64,000 nucleotides of DNA from Gammaproteobacteria bacterium (GTDB lineage Bacteria; Pseudomonadota; Gammaproteobacteria; Pseudomonadales; Azotimanducaceae): the NCBI GenBank assembly GCA_020832085.1, contig JAFIFJ010000138.1, positions 9,534 to 73,533 on the forward strand, in the 5' to 3' direction. Shown piece after piece: positions 1 through 9,851 of this stretch. The notes under the pieces are model-generated. The model saw nothing but the letters and a program-made list of their open reading frames with translations, searched no databases and had not been told where the DNA came from. The translations under genes were made by a program, and so were the position numbers. Position 1 is the first letter of the stretch. Each line of letters starts with the position of its first letter.

Positions 1-182
1 ATCTGCAGCGCTTCGATGCGGCGATTGCCGGCGTCGTCGCGGCTGACGACGCAGCTGGGGCGGCCGTCGCAGGCTGCCAGGGCAGTTCTGCCCTCGCCCC
101 CGGCAGGTCTGACTTGGGCGCAGCCGGCGATCAGACCCAGAGCCAGCAGAAGAATCGCGAGTCCGAACAACTGGCGGGACAT
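1..182 (-). CDS. DUF1499-like lipoprotein (5' part only; gene runs off window start)
   Basis: Minus-strand reading from ATG (complement of 180-182) gives MSRQLFGLAILLLALGLIAGCAQV... with lipobox LIAGC, then ...ACDGRPSCVVSRDD, resembling DUF1499 proteins. Absent from the ORF track because it has no in-window stop. Confidence 0.4.
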   Translation of the reverse strand, partial: MSRQLFGLAILLLALGLIAGCAQVRPAGGEGRTALAACDGRPSCVVSRDDAGNRRIEALQ

Positions 183-252
183 ACCGGGTGCTTCCTGGCC
201 GATGACACCGGTGCATGATGCCCAGCGGCGACTGCTGCTGCAAACGGGTCCG

Positions 253-2289
253 TCAGCGCTCGTGGTCGTGAATGAAGGGCTGCTCGGTACCGAGGCGCTC
301 GCTGTAGATCAGGGCGAAGGCAAGTACGTTCTGGACATAGCCGCGGGTTTCGCGGAAGGGAATGGCCTCGATCCAGACATCGGCCGGAGATGCCGGGCGC
401 CGTGCCAGCCACTGGTCCACACGGCCGGGTCCGGCGTTGTAGGCGGCGGAGGCCAGGATGCGGTTGCGTCCATAACGCTCGTACATCCGCGCCAGATAGC
501 CCGCGCCGATTTCGATGTTCTTGTTGTGGTCGAGCAACTGCCAGGTGTTGGCCAGCGGAATGTTCATCTGTCGTGCGGTGAGCTGGGCCGTGGCGGGCAT
601 GACCTGCATGACCCCCAGGGCGCCAGCGTGGGAGCGGGCATCGACCATGAAGGCGCTTTCCTGGCGGGCGATGGCGAACAGCCAGCTCGGTTCCAGCTGG
701 CGCAGGCGGGCATTGGCCTGCATGGGTTCGGCGAAGGCCAGGGGGAAACGCAGATCGAGGTGGTTCCATTCCCGGGCCGCGATGGTGGCCTGGATGGATT
801 CGCTGTGCCAGCCCTGGCGCCGGGCCAGTTCGGCTAAGGCCAGCAGGCCGCGGGTGTCGAGTCGCCCGCGCAGCCAGCTGAGTTCGCGGCGGGCGTCCAG
901 ACGCTCGTCCATGGCGTAGAGTTCCCGGGCACGCTTGATGGCCGGCTGCTGGGCAACAGCTTCGATCTCCGCAGCCGTGAGGTCGAGGGTTTCGGCCTGC
1001 ATGTTCACCGGCTGGCCGAGGCGGTCGGCGGCCATGAAGCCGTAGTAGTTGCGCTGCTGGGCCACCGCAGCAAACAGGGCGCGGGAAGCATCCGGGGGCA
1101 GGGCCCTCGGTGGCGGTGCTGCGCCGTTGTGCGCAGCGTAGATCGCTTCGCTGGCCCGGGCCTGCCAATACATCCAGCCCGCACGTTCACGCTCCACCGG
1201 GGGCAGCCGTTCGATCCAGATCAGGACCTCGTCCCAGTCTTCGCCGGCAATGGCGCGGCGGGTGAGTTCCTCCACCAGGGTCGCGTCCACCTCGCCGGTG
1301 ACGCCGTCGGGCGGCCAGCTGCTGCTGAAGTTCTCGGGCAGCAGGTCGCGGCGGATGCGCCAGCGCAGGATCTCTTCGGCAATCTGCTGCTGCGCCTGGG
1401 CATCGAGCTCGACCCGGCTCGACCAGGTCCGCCAGGCGGTTTCCGCGGCTTGGGGATCCTGTCGCGCCAGGCGTTTGACGACGTGGGCCACGACCTCGGC
1501 GCGCCGGGCCGGCTCCCCGGGCAGGCTGGCGAGACCGTTGAGGCGCTGGGGCTGCCGATGCAGGGCAATGAACTCCTGTGCCAGTCGTTCGCTGGCCGGA
1601 TCCAGGTAGCGCAGCAGGTAACCGGCCAGGGTCGGTCGATTGGCAGCCAGGACCAGGGTGATGCGCTCCCAGGCCAGGGCGTCGGTGAGGCCGCCGGCCC
1701 GGCGCCAGGCATCGAACAGGGGGTCGCAGACATCCGGCCGTGACTCGCTGGCGACCCACATGCGCGCCGCGCCGGCGAGAGCGCCTGCGCGGTCGCCGGT
1801 CTCGTAGAGGGAGCGGTAGTAGCGGCATTGCAGGGTGGCGCTGGTGGCGACCCTGGGATCGAAGTGCTGCCGGTAAAGATCCCATTGGCCCCGGCGGGCG
1901 AGGTTGTCGAGCCAGTGGTTCAGGATCGAGTTGGCCAGGTGGCTGTCGGCGAAGCGCTCCCGGAAGGCTATGACCTCCGCGGGCTCGGTATTCGAGATGT
2001 AGCGCAGCAGGCGGGCGTAGTGCAGATAAGGCAGCAGTGGATAGTCTTCGAGGCGTTCGAGTTTGCTTTCGAAGGCACGCAGACGGACGGCGTAGAGGTC
2101 GGCCAGGGCTTCCCGGTACAGGGCGCGCTCGGCACTACGGTCGAGGGGCTCAGCGGCCGCTCCATGGACTTCCCCTGCCAAGGCGGCAACCCAGATCGCA
2201 CACAGCAGCATGAACCCATGTGCACCATGCACCGTGGAGCGACGCCCCGGAGCGCGCTGGGTGGCCAAGACTGCCTGACTGCTCGGCAA
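253..2289 (-). CDS. slt: Soluble lytic murein transglycosylase (Slt70 family)
   Basis: 678-aa ORF. C-terminal SLT catalytic motif ESAFMVDARSHAGALGVMQVMPATA, a long superhelical N-terminal region and a signal-like MLLCAIWVAALAG. Alternative start at 2211. Confidence 0.85.
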   Translation of the reverse strand: MPSSQAVLATQRAPGRRSTVHGAHGFMLLCAIWVAALAGEVHGAAAEPLDRSAERALYREALADLYAVRLRAFESKLERLEDYPLLPYLHYARLLRYISNTEPAEVIAFRERFADSHLANSILNHWLDNLARRGQWDLYRQHFDPRVATSATLQCRYYRSLYETGDRAGALAGAARMWVASESRPDVCDPLFDAWRRAGGLTDALAWERITLVLAANRPTLAGYLLRYLDPASERLAQEFIALHRQPQRLNGLASLPGEPARRAEVVAHVVKRLARQDPQAAETAWRTWSSRVELDAQAQQQIAEEILRWRIRRDLLPENFSSSWPPDGVTGEVDATLVEELTRRAIAGEDWDEVLIWIERLPPVERERAGWMYWQARASEAIYAAHNGAAPPPRALPPDASRALFAAVAQQRNYYGFMAADRLGQPVNMQAETLDLTAAEIEAVAQQPAIKRARELYAMDERLDARRELSWLRGRLDTRGLLALAELARRQGWHSESIQATIAAREWNHLDLRFPLAFAEPMQANARLRQLEPSWLFAIARQESAFMVDARSHAGALGVMQVMPATAQLTARQMNIPLANTWQLLDHNKNIEIGAGYLARMYERYGRNRILASAAYNAGPGRVDQWLARRPASPADVWIEAIPFRETRGYVQNVLAFALIYSERLGTEQPFIHDHER

Positions 2290-2334
2290 AGACCGGCTCC
2301 GATGAAAGTTCGATGCCGCCGCGATGGCGGTGGA

Positions 2335-2775
2335 TCACTCCGACATGCCGACCCGCACCGCCAGCACGTCACACTTGGCGCCGTGGAGCACGCTGTTGGC
2401 GGTGGAGCCTAACAGCAGTGCGAGGCCGTGGCGGCCGTGGGAGCCGACCACGATGAGATCCACGTCCTTGCATTCCGATACCCGGTGGATCTCGGTTTCG
2501 GGGCGCCCGAAAATCAGATACTGACGCTCGGCAGGGATCCCGAGCCCTGCGGCAAAATCCGCCAGCTGCGCCTTGGCCTGATCGTGGATCTGATCCTGCA
2601 CCGAGGACAGATCCATGGGGATGTCACCGCCATAGGCAACGCTCAGCGGTTCGATGACGTGAATGACGCTGAGGTCGGCACCGAAGACCTTGGCCAGAGC
2701 GACCGCCTGTTCGGCCACCTGATTGGACTCCTCGGTCAGATCGATGGCCAGCAGCAGGTGACGGTAGCCCGGCAT
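2335..2775 (-). CDS. uspA: Universal stress protein UspA family
   Basis: MPGYRHLLLAIDLTEES...DLIVVGSHGRHGLALLLGSTANSVLHGAKCDVLAV is a typical Usp fold signature. Start moved to the internal Met of ORF 2335..2844. Confidence 0.8.
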   Translation of the reverse strand: MPGYRHLLLAIDLTEESNQVAEQAVALAKVFGADLSVIHVIEPLSVAYGGDIPMDLSSVQDQIHDQAKAQLADFAAGLGIPAERQYLIFGRPETEIHRVSECKDVDLIVVGSHGRHGLALLLGSTANSVLHGAKCDVLAVRVGMSE

Positions 2776-2948
2776 GTTCCAGCCTCCAGCCGCGGGATGC
2801 GCGTTTGGAGGAACATTACACACAGTGCCTGAGGGGCACAACACGGCCGCGAAGGCGGCCCGCGGGAGCTCGCAAATCCGCTGTCAGGCAGGTATCGAGC
2901 GGGCAGCCGGGATAGGGCGTATGCTCCCCATCGCGGTCAGGAGTCCAC

Positions 2949-3578
2949 ATGAGCATCACCGTCATCATCATCATCGCCTTTACCATCGCCCTGGTGGTGG
3001 GGCCGCTGATGTGGCTGCGGCCCACGCCGCGGGATCGTCAGCTCGAGCGTCTGCGCGGCCATGCCCGCAAGCGTGGGCTGAACATCAGTATCCGGGAGAT
3101 TCCTGATCCCGACCCCCGGCCCCAGGATCGGGTGTCCAGCGGCGGCAAGGTGCTGCAGCCCAGCCTCAACGTGGCGCTCTATCAGCTGCCCCTGCGGTTG
3201 CCCGGCAGGGTCGAGGGCAGGCATGCGCCGGACTGGGAAGTGATCCGCCTGCGGCACGATGTGCGCAGTGACGTGGAGGATGAGGTCTCTGCCGGTCTGC
3301 TTTCAGGGTGGCGTTTCAGCCGTCCCGGGCTGCCCCTGATCGAGGGCGTGGTCGGCCGGCTGTCCGAGTTGCTGGCCGGGGCGCCACGGGGCACCGCCAA
3401 GGTGGAAGGGGATGCCAGCACCGTGGGCCTGTACTGGCACGAGCGCGGTGCCGAAGCCGAAGTGGATGCCATTGCCGACCTGCTGGAGGCTTTGCGCCTG
3501 CTGCAGATCGAAGTCAGCGAGGCAGCGGCCAGGGAGGAGGCCCTTCAGCGCCGCCTGGCGGAGGACCCCGAGGCCTGA
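2949..3578 (+). CDS. Hypothetical membrane-anchored protein
   Basis: 209-aa ORF with one N-terminal TM helix (ITVIIIIAFTIALVVGPLMWL) and a charged soluble tail. No family recognised. Confidence 0.45.
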   Translation: MSITVIIIIAFTIALVVGPLMWLRPTPRDRQLERLRGHARKRGLNISIREIPDPDPRPQDRVSSGGKVLQPSLNVALYQLPLRLPGRVEGRHAPDWEVIRLRHDVRSDVEDEVSAGLLSGWRFSRPGLPLIEGVVGRLSELLAGAPRGTAKVEGDASTVGLYWHERGAEAEVDAIADLLEALRLLQIEVSEAAAREEALQRRLAEDPEA

Positions 3579-3788
3579 GGCGGCGCGGACCTGCCGCCCG
3601 CCGGCTTTGCCACAATTCCTTTGACCGGCTCCCGGCTTTGCTGCTATTCGTGAAAAAGGACCAGGAAGCAGCGGTGGCTTGCATGGCAGGCTCCAGCGTC
3701 CCATGGCGGCCCCTGTCCATCGCTCGCCACATTCATGATTGTCACGGTTTTCCTCCCTGCAGGAGGAGGCCAGCGCCCAAGAGGATTC

Positions 3789-6503
3789 ATGGCCAAGTCG
3801 CTAGTCATCGTCGAGTCGCCCGCCAAGGCGAAGACCATCAACCGCTACCTGGGTAACGATTTCATCGTCAAGTCCAGCGTCGGTCATATCCGCGATCTGC
3901 CCACCAGCGGCAGCGGACCCGCCGCGGATCCCAAGGCGCGGGCCCAGGAAGCCGCTCGCACCCGCAAGATGGATCCGAAGGAGAAAGCGGCACACAAGCA
4001 GCGCAAGCAGCAGCAGCAGCTCGTCGCCCGCATGGGCGTGGATCCGGACCACGGCTGGGAGGCCAACTACGAGATCCTGCCGGGCAAGGAGAAGGTGGTT
4101 CGGGAACTGCGGCAGGCGGCCGAGAAGGCCGACACCGTCTATCTGGCCACTGACCTCGATCGCGAGGGGGAAGCCATCGCCTGGCACCTGCGCGAGGCCA
4201 TCGGTGGCGATGCCAGCCGCTACAAGCGGGTGGTGTTCAACGAAATCACCCGCAAGGCCATCCAGGAGGCCTTTGCCGAGCCTGGGGAAGTGGACACCGA
4301 CCGGGTCAACGCCCAGCAGGCCCGGCGCTTCCTCGACCGGGTGGTGGGCTACATGCTCTCGCCGCTGCTGTGGCAGAAGGTGGCACGGGGCCTCTCCGCC
4401 GGCCGCGTCCAGTCGGTGGCGGTGCGGCTGCTGGTAGAGCGGGAGCGGGAAATTCGCGCCTTCGTGCCCGAAGAATACTGGGAAGTGTTCGCCAATCTGG
4501 CCAGGGAAGGGACCGTGGGCGAGGTGGTCCGGGCACGCTTCCAGGTGGTGAAGGAGAAGGGCGAGAACTTCCGTCCCGGTGACAAGGCCACCACGGACGC
4601 AGCCCTGGCCAGGCTCGATGCCAGCAGCTACGAGGTGAGCAACCGGGAGGACAAACCCACCAGCACGCGGCCTGGGGCCCCGTTCATCACATCGACGCTG
4701 CAGCAGGCCGCCAGCACCCGGCTCGGCTTCTCCGTGAAGAAGACCATGACCCTGGCCCAGCGCCTCTACGAGGCGGGTTACATCACCTACATGCGGACGG
4801 ATTCCACCAACCTGTCCCAGGATGCAGTGGAGGCCTGCCGCTCCCTGATCCGCAAGGACTACGGCGAGCTCTATCTGCCGGAGACCCCCAATCTCTATGC
4901 CAGCCGGGAAAAGGCCCAGGAGGCTCACGAGGCCATCCGGCCCTCCGACGTCAACGTCCGCATGGAGCGTCTGTCGGACATGGACCGGGATGCGGTGCGG
5001 CTCTACGAGTTGATCTGGCGGCAGTTCGTGGCCTGTCAGATGCCCCGGGCCGAGTACACCAGCACCACCATCACCGTCACTGCGGGCGATTTCGAACTCA
5101 AACTGCGCGGCCGCATCCTGCGCTTCGACGGCTATACCCGGGTGCAACCGCCGGCCAGCCGCAGCGACGATGACCAGGAAGTCCCGGACCTGCAGATGGG
5201 CGAGGCGCTGCGCCTGCTCAAGCTCGACCCCTTCCAGCACTTCACCAAGCCGCCGCCGCGCTACGGCGAGGCCAGTCTGGTGCGGGAGCTCGAAAAGCGC
5301 GGCATCGGCCGTCCGTCCACCTATGCCAGCATCATTTCCACCATTCAGGAGCGTGGCTATGTGTCGCTGCGCAACCGGCGCTTTTACGCCGAGAAGGTGG
5401 GCGATGTGGTGACGGACAGGCTGCTGGAGAATTTCGATAACCTGCTCGACTACGACTTCACGGCGAAGATGGAAGAGCGCCTGGACACCGTCGCCAAGGG
5501 CGAACTGAACTGGAAGACGGTGCTCGATGAGTTCTATGAGGATTTCCGGGGCAAGCTCGATGCTGCGGCGAAGCCGGAAGGCGGCATGCGTCCCAACGCG
5601 CCCACCAACACGGACATCGACTGTCCGGCCTGTGGCCGCAAGATGCAGCTGCGTACGGCCAGCACCGGCGTGTTCCTCGGCTGTTCAGGCTATGGGCTGC
5701 CGCCCAAGGAACGCTGCACGCAGACCCTGAACCTGATTCCAGGCGAAGAAGCGGTGGACCTCGACGCCGACGAGGAAAGTGAATCCAAGGCCCTGCGGCG
5801 CAAGCGCCGCTGCCCGAAGTGCAGCACGTCCATGGAAAGTTATCTGCTCGACGAGAAGCGCAAGCTGCACGTTTGCGGCAACAATCCGGACTGCGACGGC
5901 TTCGAGGTGGAACTCGGCGAGTTCCGGATCAAGGGCTATGAGGGGCCCACTCTCGACTGCGACAAGTGCGGTGCCGAGATGCAGCTGAAGTCCGGACGCT
6001 TCGGCAAGTACTTCGGCTGCACCGAGTGCAAGAACACCCGCAAACTGCTGCGTAGCGGCCAGCCGGCGCCGCCGAAGATGGATCCGGTGCCCATGCCGGA
6101 ACTGGCCTGTGAGAAGGTGGACGACACCTACGTGCTGCGGGATGGTGCGGCAGGGCTGTTTCTGGCGGCGAGCAAGTTTCCGAAGAATCGCGAAACCCGG
6201 GCGCCGCTGGTCAGGGAGCTGAAGCCGCACAAGGAGGAAATCGATCCCAAGTGGCACTTCGTGCTCGAGGCGCCCGAGACGGATCCGGACGGTAATCCCA
6301 CCGTGCTGCGCTGGAGTCGCAAACTCAACGAGCAGTACGTGATGACCGAGAAGGAGGGCAAGCCTACTGGCTGGCGGGCGGTCTACGCAGACGGCCGCTG
6401 GCAGGAGGCGGATGCCGACGTGACGCGTAAAGGGGGGCGCAAGAAGGCCGGCAAGGCGAAGAAGAAGGTCGCGGGCAGCAAAGCCGCCGGAGCCCGACAT
6501 TGA
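3789..6503 (+). CDS. topA: DNA topoisomerase I
   Basis: [22 protein letters not shown] Toprim N-terminus, an internal TYMRTDS-type region, several C-terminal CxxC zinc ribbons and a Lys-rich tail. Start placed at the [13 protein letters not shown] Met inside ORF 3735..6503. Confidence 0.95.
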   Translation: MAKSLVIVESPAKAKTINRYLGNDFIVKSSVGHIRDLPTSGSGPAADPKARAQEAARTRKMDPKEKAAHKQRKQQQQLVARMGVDPDHGWEANYEILPGKEKVVRELRQAAEKADTVYLATDLDREGEAIAWHLREAIGGDASRYKRVVFNEITRKAIQEAFAEPGEVDTDRVNAQQARRFLDRVVGYMLSPLLWQKVARGLSAGRVQSVAVRLLVEREREIRAFVPEEYWEVFANLAREGTVGEVVRARFQVVKEKGENFRPGDKATTDAALARLDASSYEVSNREDKPTSTRPGAPFITSTLQQAASTRLGFSVKKTMTLAQRLYEAGYITYMRTDSTNLSQDAVEACRSLIRKDYGELYLPETPNLYASREKAQEAHEAIRPSDVNVRMERLSDMDRDAVRLYELIWRQFVACQMPRAEYTSTTITVTAGDFELKLRGRILRFDGYTRVQPPASRSDDDQEVPDLQMGEALRLLKLDPFQHFTKPPPRYGEASLVRELEKRGIGRPSTYASIISTIQERGYVSLRNRRFYAEKVGDVVTDRLLENFDNLLDYDFTAKMEERLDTVAKGELNWKTVLDEFYEDFRGKLDAAAKPEGGMRPNAPTNTDIDCPACGRKMQLRTASTGVFLGCSGYGLPPKERCTQTLNLIPGEEAVDLDADEESESKALRRKRRCPKCSTSMESYLLDEKRKLHVCGNNPDCDGFEVELGEFRIKGYEGPTLDCDKCGAEMQLKSGRFGKYFGCTECKNTRKLLRSGQPAPPKMDPVPMPELACEKVDDTYVLRDGAAGLFLAASKFPKNRETRAPLVRELKPHKEEIDPKWHFVLEAPETDPDGNPTVLRWSRKLNEQYVMTEKEGKPTGWRAVYADGRWQEADADVTRKGGRKKAGKAKKKVAGSKAAGARH

Positions 6504-6549
6504 TGCCGTGGGGAGTGCCGGGGGGAGTGCCGTGGAAGGATGCAATCCG

Positions 6550-6831
6550 ATGACAGAGCAACAGCTCGAACTGCTGCAACTGGAGAATGGCGACGTGGTG
6601 CTGAAGCGGCCGGCTCAGGGGCGGGCGGATGATGCCGAGCCCCTGGTACGGCTGCGGTTTGCGCCTGAACTTCTGCACATGCTCGGCGACGACCTGCTGG
6701 AAGTGGCCCATGCCATGATGGAAGCCGCGGCGGATGCCGTCGGTGACCTGCAGCAGGCCGCCTCCGGCGACGACACCGAGCACGACGGCTGGGAGCTCAT
6801 TTCAGGCAACCGCGGCCCGACGCTGCACTGA
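6550..6831 (+). CDS. Small acidic hypothetical protein
   Basis: MTEQQLELLQLENGDVVLKRP... (93 aa) from the internal Met of ORF 6508..6831. Coding-like composition; no family recognised. Confidence 0.4.
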   Translation: MTEQQLELLQLENGDVVLKRPAQGRADDAEPLVRLRFAPELLHMLGDDLLEVAHAMMEAAADAVGDLQQAASGDDTEHDGWELISGNRGPTLH

Positions 6832-6879
6832 GCTGCAAAGTCCCGCTGCCGCGAGAAACGCTGAATTCAGGCGTAGCCT

Positions 6880-7485
6880 TCAGATCTCCCGGCGGATGAC
6901 GCCCACACCCAGCCCTTCGATGGCGAAAGCCATCTGGCGCAGGTCGACTTCGATGGGGGCAAAGTCCGGGTTCTCGGCCAGCAGGGTGACGCGATGACGG
7001 CTGCGGCCGTCCCGCTGCAGGCGTTTAACCGTGACCTCGTCCTCCACTCTGGCCACCACGATCTGCCCGTTCTCTGCGGTCTGGGCGCGGTGCACGGCGA
7101 GCAGGTCGCCATCCATGATGCCCACGTCGCGCATGCTCTCTCCCTGCACCCGCAGCAGGTAGTCGGCACGGGGCCTGAAGAAGCCGGCAGGAACCTCACA
7201 GTGATCCTCCACGTTCTCCATGGCCAGGATGGGCTGCCCGGCCGCCACCCGCCCGACGATGGGCAATCCGGTGCCCTCAGGCAGGCGGATGCCGCGGGAC
7301 GTGCCGGGGACCATTTCGATGGCGCCTTTGCGGGCCAGGGCCCGCAGGTGTTCCTCGGCGGCGTTGGCGGAGCGGAAGCCGAGCTCCTTGGCGATGTCGG
7401 CCCGGGTGGGCGGATAGCCGGTGTCTTCGATGTGACGGCGGATCAGGTCGAGGACCTGAGCCTGACGGGCGGTGAGCTGTTCCAT
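6880..7485 (-). CDS. lexA: LexA SOS repressor
   Basis: [37 protein letters not shown] w[15 protein letters not shown] cleavage region and a GESM...VTVKRL Ser/Lys dyad. Start at the internal Met of ORF 6880..7608. Confidence 0.95.
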   Translation of the reverse strand: MEQLTARQAQVLDLIRRHIEDTGYPPTRADIAKELGFRSANAAEEHLRALARKGAIEMVPGTSRGIRLPEGTGLPIVGRVAAGQPILAMENVEDHCEVPAGFFRPRADYLLRVQGESMRDVGIMDGDLLAVHRAQTAENGQIVVARVEDEVTVKRLQRDGRSRHRVTLLAENPDFAPIEVDLRQMAFAIEGLGVGVIRREI

Positions 7486-7493
7486 GGCATGCA

Positions 7494-7509
7494 CTCGCTT
7501 TTCGTACAG
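7494..7509 (-). promoter_or_regulatory. Possible second, degenerate LexA box
   Basis: Plus strand CTCGCTTTTCGTACAG: one good half-site (ACAG), the other degenerate (CTCG). It lies 2 nt from the first box, echoing the dual boxes of E. coli lexA. Confidence 0.3.
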
Positions 7510-7511
7510 TG

Positions 7512-7527
7512 CTGAAATTATATCCAG
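7512..7527 (-). promoter_or_regulatory. LexA (SOS) box upstream of lexA
   Basis: Minus strand reads CTGGATATAATTTCAG (CTG-N10-CAG with an AT-rich core). It lies 27-42 nt upstream of the lexA ATG. Confidence 0.6.
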
Positions 7528-7685
7528 TTCCGGGGCGGGTGCAAGCCCGTCCGCAGACGTGGAAGGGCGATCGCCGCAAGCATGGTGGCCCCATCGGCAT
7601 GCTGGCAAGGTGCCACCAGCTGGGAAATGGGCGCCTGCCGCGCTAGCCTGCTTCCCTCATCAGCCGACGATCGAGTGCGTGTCCT

Positions 7686-8522
7686 ATGCGTTGTGCCTGG
7701 TCAGCATCCCCGTTGCTCTTCACCCTCTTCCTGCTGCTGATCGGGCCGGGCACGGCTGCGGCTCGTGAACAACTCGAAGCGGTTCTCGCCGACCCGGCCG
7801 CCAGCGCCGAAGCCAGAGGCTTGGCCGTGGCGGAGGCCGCGCGGCGGGTGGATGCGGGCTACGGCGACGAACTGGTGGCGGTGCGCATGGTGCTGCACGA
7901 TGCCCGCGGCTCGAGCAGCGAGCGCGCCATCCGCATTGCCACCCTGGAAGGCGTGGAGGAAGGGGATCGCAGCCTGATTCTGTTTGATGCGCCGCGCGAT
8001 CAGCGCGGGACCGCTCTGCTGACCTGGAACCATGCCCAGCGCGAGGACGATCAGTGGCTTTACCTGCCGTCACTGCGGCGGGCGAAAAAGATTGCCGCCC
8101 GCAATCGCTCCGGCCCTTTCGCCGGCAGCGAGTTCGCCTTCGAAGATCTCACGGCGGAGGAGACCAGCAACTATCGCTGGCGATTCGTCGGCGAGGTGTC
8201 CTGCGGTGAGGGCCGCTGCTACGAGGTCGAGCGGTTTCCGGTGGAGTCCTGGAGCGGGTACAGCCGGCAGCAGGTGTTCTACGACACGGCCACCTTGCGC
8301 ATCGAGCGCATCGAGTATTTCGATCGTCGCGGCGACGCCCTGAAGACGTTTGTGGCGGGCGACTGGTCGCTGCATGACGACCGCCATTGGCGTGCCGGCT
8401 ACATGGACATGCGCAACCATCAGACCGGTCGCCGCACTGAGCTGCTCTGGTCCGACCACAGCTTCGGCAATGGTCTGGGTGCGGACGATTTCAGCACGGC
8501 TGCCTTGCAGCGGCTGAATTGA
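7686..8522 (+). CDS. Outer-membrane lipoprotein-sorting (LolA-like) family protein
   Basis: Signal peptide MRCAWSASPLLFTLFLLLIGPGTAAA. WLYLPSLRRAKKIAARNRSGPFAGSEFAFEDL is typical of LolA-like (PF17131-type) proteins. Confidence 0.55.
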   Translation: MRCAWSASPLLFTLFLLLIGPGTAAAREQLEAVLADPAASAEARGLAVAEAARRVDAGYGDELVAVRMVLHDARGSSSERAIRIATLEGVEEGDRSLILFDAPRDQRGTALLTWNHAQREDDQWLYLPSLRRAKKIAARNRSGPFAGSEFAFEDLTAEETSNYRWRFVGEVSCGEGRCYEVERFPVESWSGYSRQQVFYDTATLRIERIEYFDRRGDALKTFVAGDWSLHDDRHWRAGYMDMRNHQTGRRTELLWSDHSFGNGLGADDFSTAALQRLN

Positions 8523-8539
8523 GTCTGAGCGGGCCCCCG

Positions 8540-9826
8540 ATGCGATGCGGCCTGGCGCGCCCTTTGCTCGGGCTCCTGCTTCTGCTCTCGACCTTGCTGG
8601 GAGCAGAGGGGGCGCAGGCCCAGGCGGTGAGCAACCCCTTTGCCGGTAGCGCGGGTCCCCGGACCGAGTTCGATGCCAGCGTGGCGCTGCAGCTGCGGGG
8701 GTTTCCGCGCCGCGGTGAACTCGGCCAGGATCGCCTGCAGCCATCGGCGGCCGTGGAGTTCACCCTGCGCCGGGACTGGAATGCGGGTGCCGACAGCCTG
8801 ACCCTGTCACCGTTCTACCGCTTCGATCCGGAGGACGGCCAGCGCCGCCGCGGAGATCTGCGGGAGGCGTTCTACAGCCACGTGGGCAGCGGCTTCGAGA
8901 TCCATGCCGGGCTGCGGCGGGTGTTCTGGGGCCAGACCGAGTCGAAGCGCCTGGTGGACGTGCTCAACCAGGTCGATCTCGTGGAGAACGTGGACGAGGA
9001 GGACCGGCTCGGGCAGCCCATGCTGAGCCTGACGCTGCTGCGGGACTGGGGCGTGCTCGAGGCCTACTTACTGCCCGGCTTCCGGGAGCGGACCTTCGCT
9101 TCCACCGATGGTCGGTTGACCGGGCCCTTCGCCATCGACGAGGCCCGCAGCGGCATTCGCCGGGTGGCCAAGGGCCGGGTGGACTGGGCGCTGCGCTACA
9201 GCCACCTGATCGGCGACGTAGAGCTGGGGCTGTCCTGGTTCGAGGGCACGAACCGGGAGCCGGATTTCGCCGTCGTCGGACCGGTGGAGCAGGGGGTGCC
9301 GATCCGCCTGCGGCCCGAGTACGGTGCCATGTCCCAGTTTGGTCTGGACGCGGCCCTCATTCGCGGTGACTGGGCATTCAAGCTCGAGGCACTGCGTCGT
9401 GGCGGTGATGCCCCCAGCCACAGCGCCGTCGTCCTGGGGTTCGAGCGCACCCTGGTCGGGGCCCTGGGACGCGCGGATCTGGGGCTTCTGCTCGAGTACC
9501 TCTTCGACGACCGTGGGCGGCGCACACCGCTTCTGGCCTACGCCAACGATGTCTTCGCTGGTCTTCGTATCGGCTTCAATGATCTGGCCGATTCAGAACT
9601 GCTCGCAGGAGTGATCGTGGATCATCGCAGTGGCCGTCAGGTGTGGTCGCTCGAAGCCAGCACCCGCATCGGCCGTCACTGGCGCCTGTCGGCTCAGGCG
9701 CGGGCCTTCGCCGGCGTCCAGGCGCTGCGGGCTGGGGATCTCACGGGCCTGCTCGAACCAGGGCGGCAGTGGGGCGCCCTGGTACGGGATGACTACCTGG
9801 AGCTGGAGTTGACCCGCTTCTTTTGA
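8540..9826 (+). CDS. Putative outer-membrane beta-barrel protein (hypothetical)
   Basis: Signal peptide MRCGLARPLLGLLLLLSTLLGAEGAQA, alternating beta-strand-like composition, C-terminal ...YLELELTRFF aromatic end. An upstream TTG at 8519 overlaps the preceding stop. Confidence 0.4.
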   Translation: MRCGLARPLLGLLLLLSTLLGAEGAQAQAVSNPFAGSAGPRTEFDASVALQLRGFPRRGELGQDRLQPSAAVEFTLRRDWNAGADSLTLSPFYRFDPEDGQRRRGDLREAFYSHVGSGFEIHAGLRRVFWGQTESKRLVDVLNQVDLVENVDEEDRLGQPMLSLTLLRDWGVLEAYLLPGFRERTFASTDGRLTGPFAIDEARSGIRRVAKGRVDWALRYSHLIGDVELGLSWFEGTNREPDFAVVGPVEQGVPIRLRPEYGAMSQFGLDAALIRGDWAFKLEALRRGGDAPSHSAVVLGFERTLVGALGRADLGLLLEYLFDDRGRRTPLLAYANDVFAGLRIGFNDLADSELLAGVIVDHRSGRQVWSLEASTRIGRHWRLSAQARAFAGVQALRAGDLTGLLEPGRQWGALVRDDYLELELTRFF

Positions 9827-9851
9827 GCGTGGGCCAGTCTTCACCCAAAGC

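Noticed and set aside
3801-5240. 479-aa ORF antisense to topA.
   Set aside because: It lies entirely inside a confidently identified gene on the other strand. The translation is Gly/Arg/Ala/Pro/His-rich low complexity, typical of the stop-poor antisense frames of GC-rich DNA.
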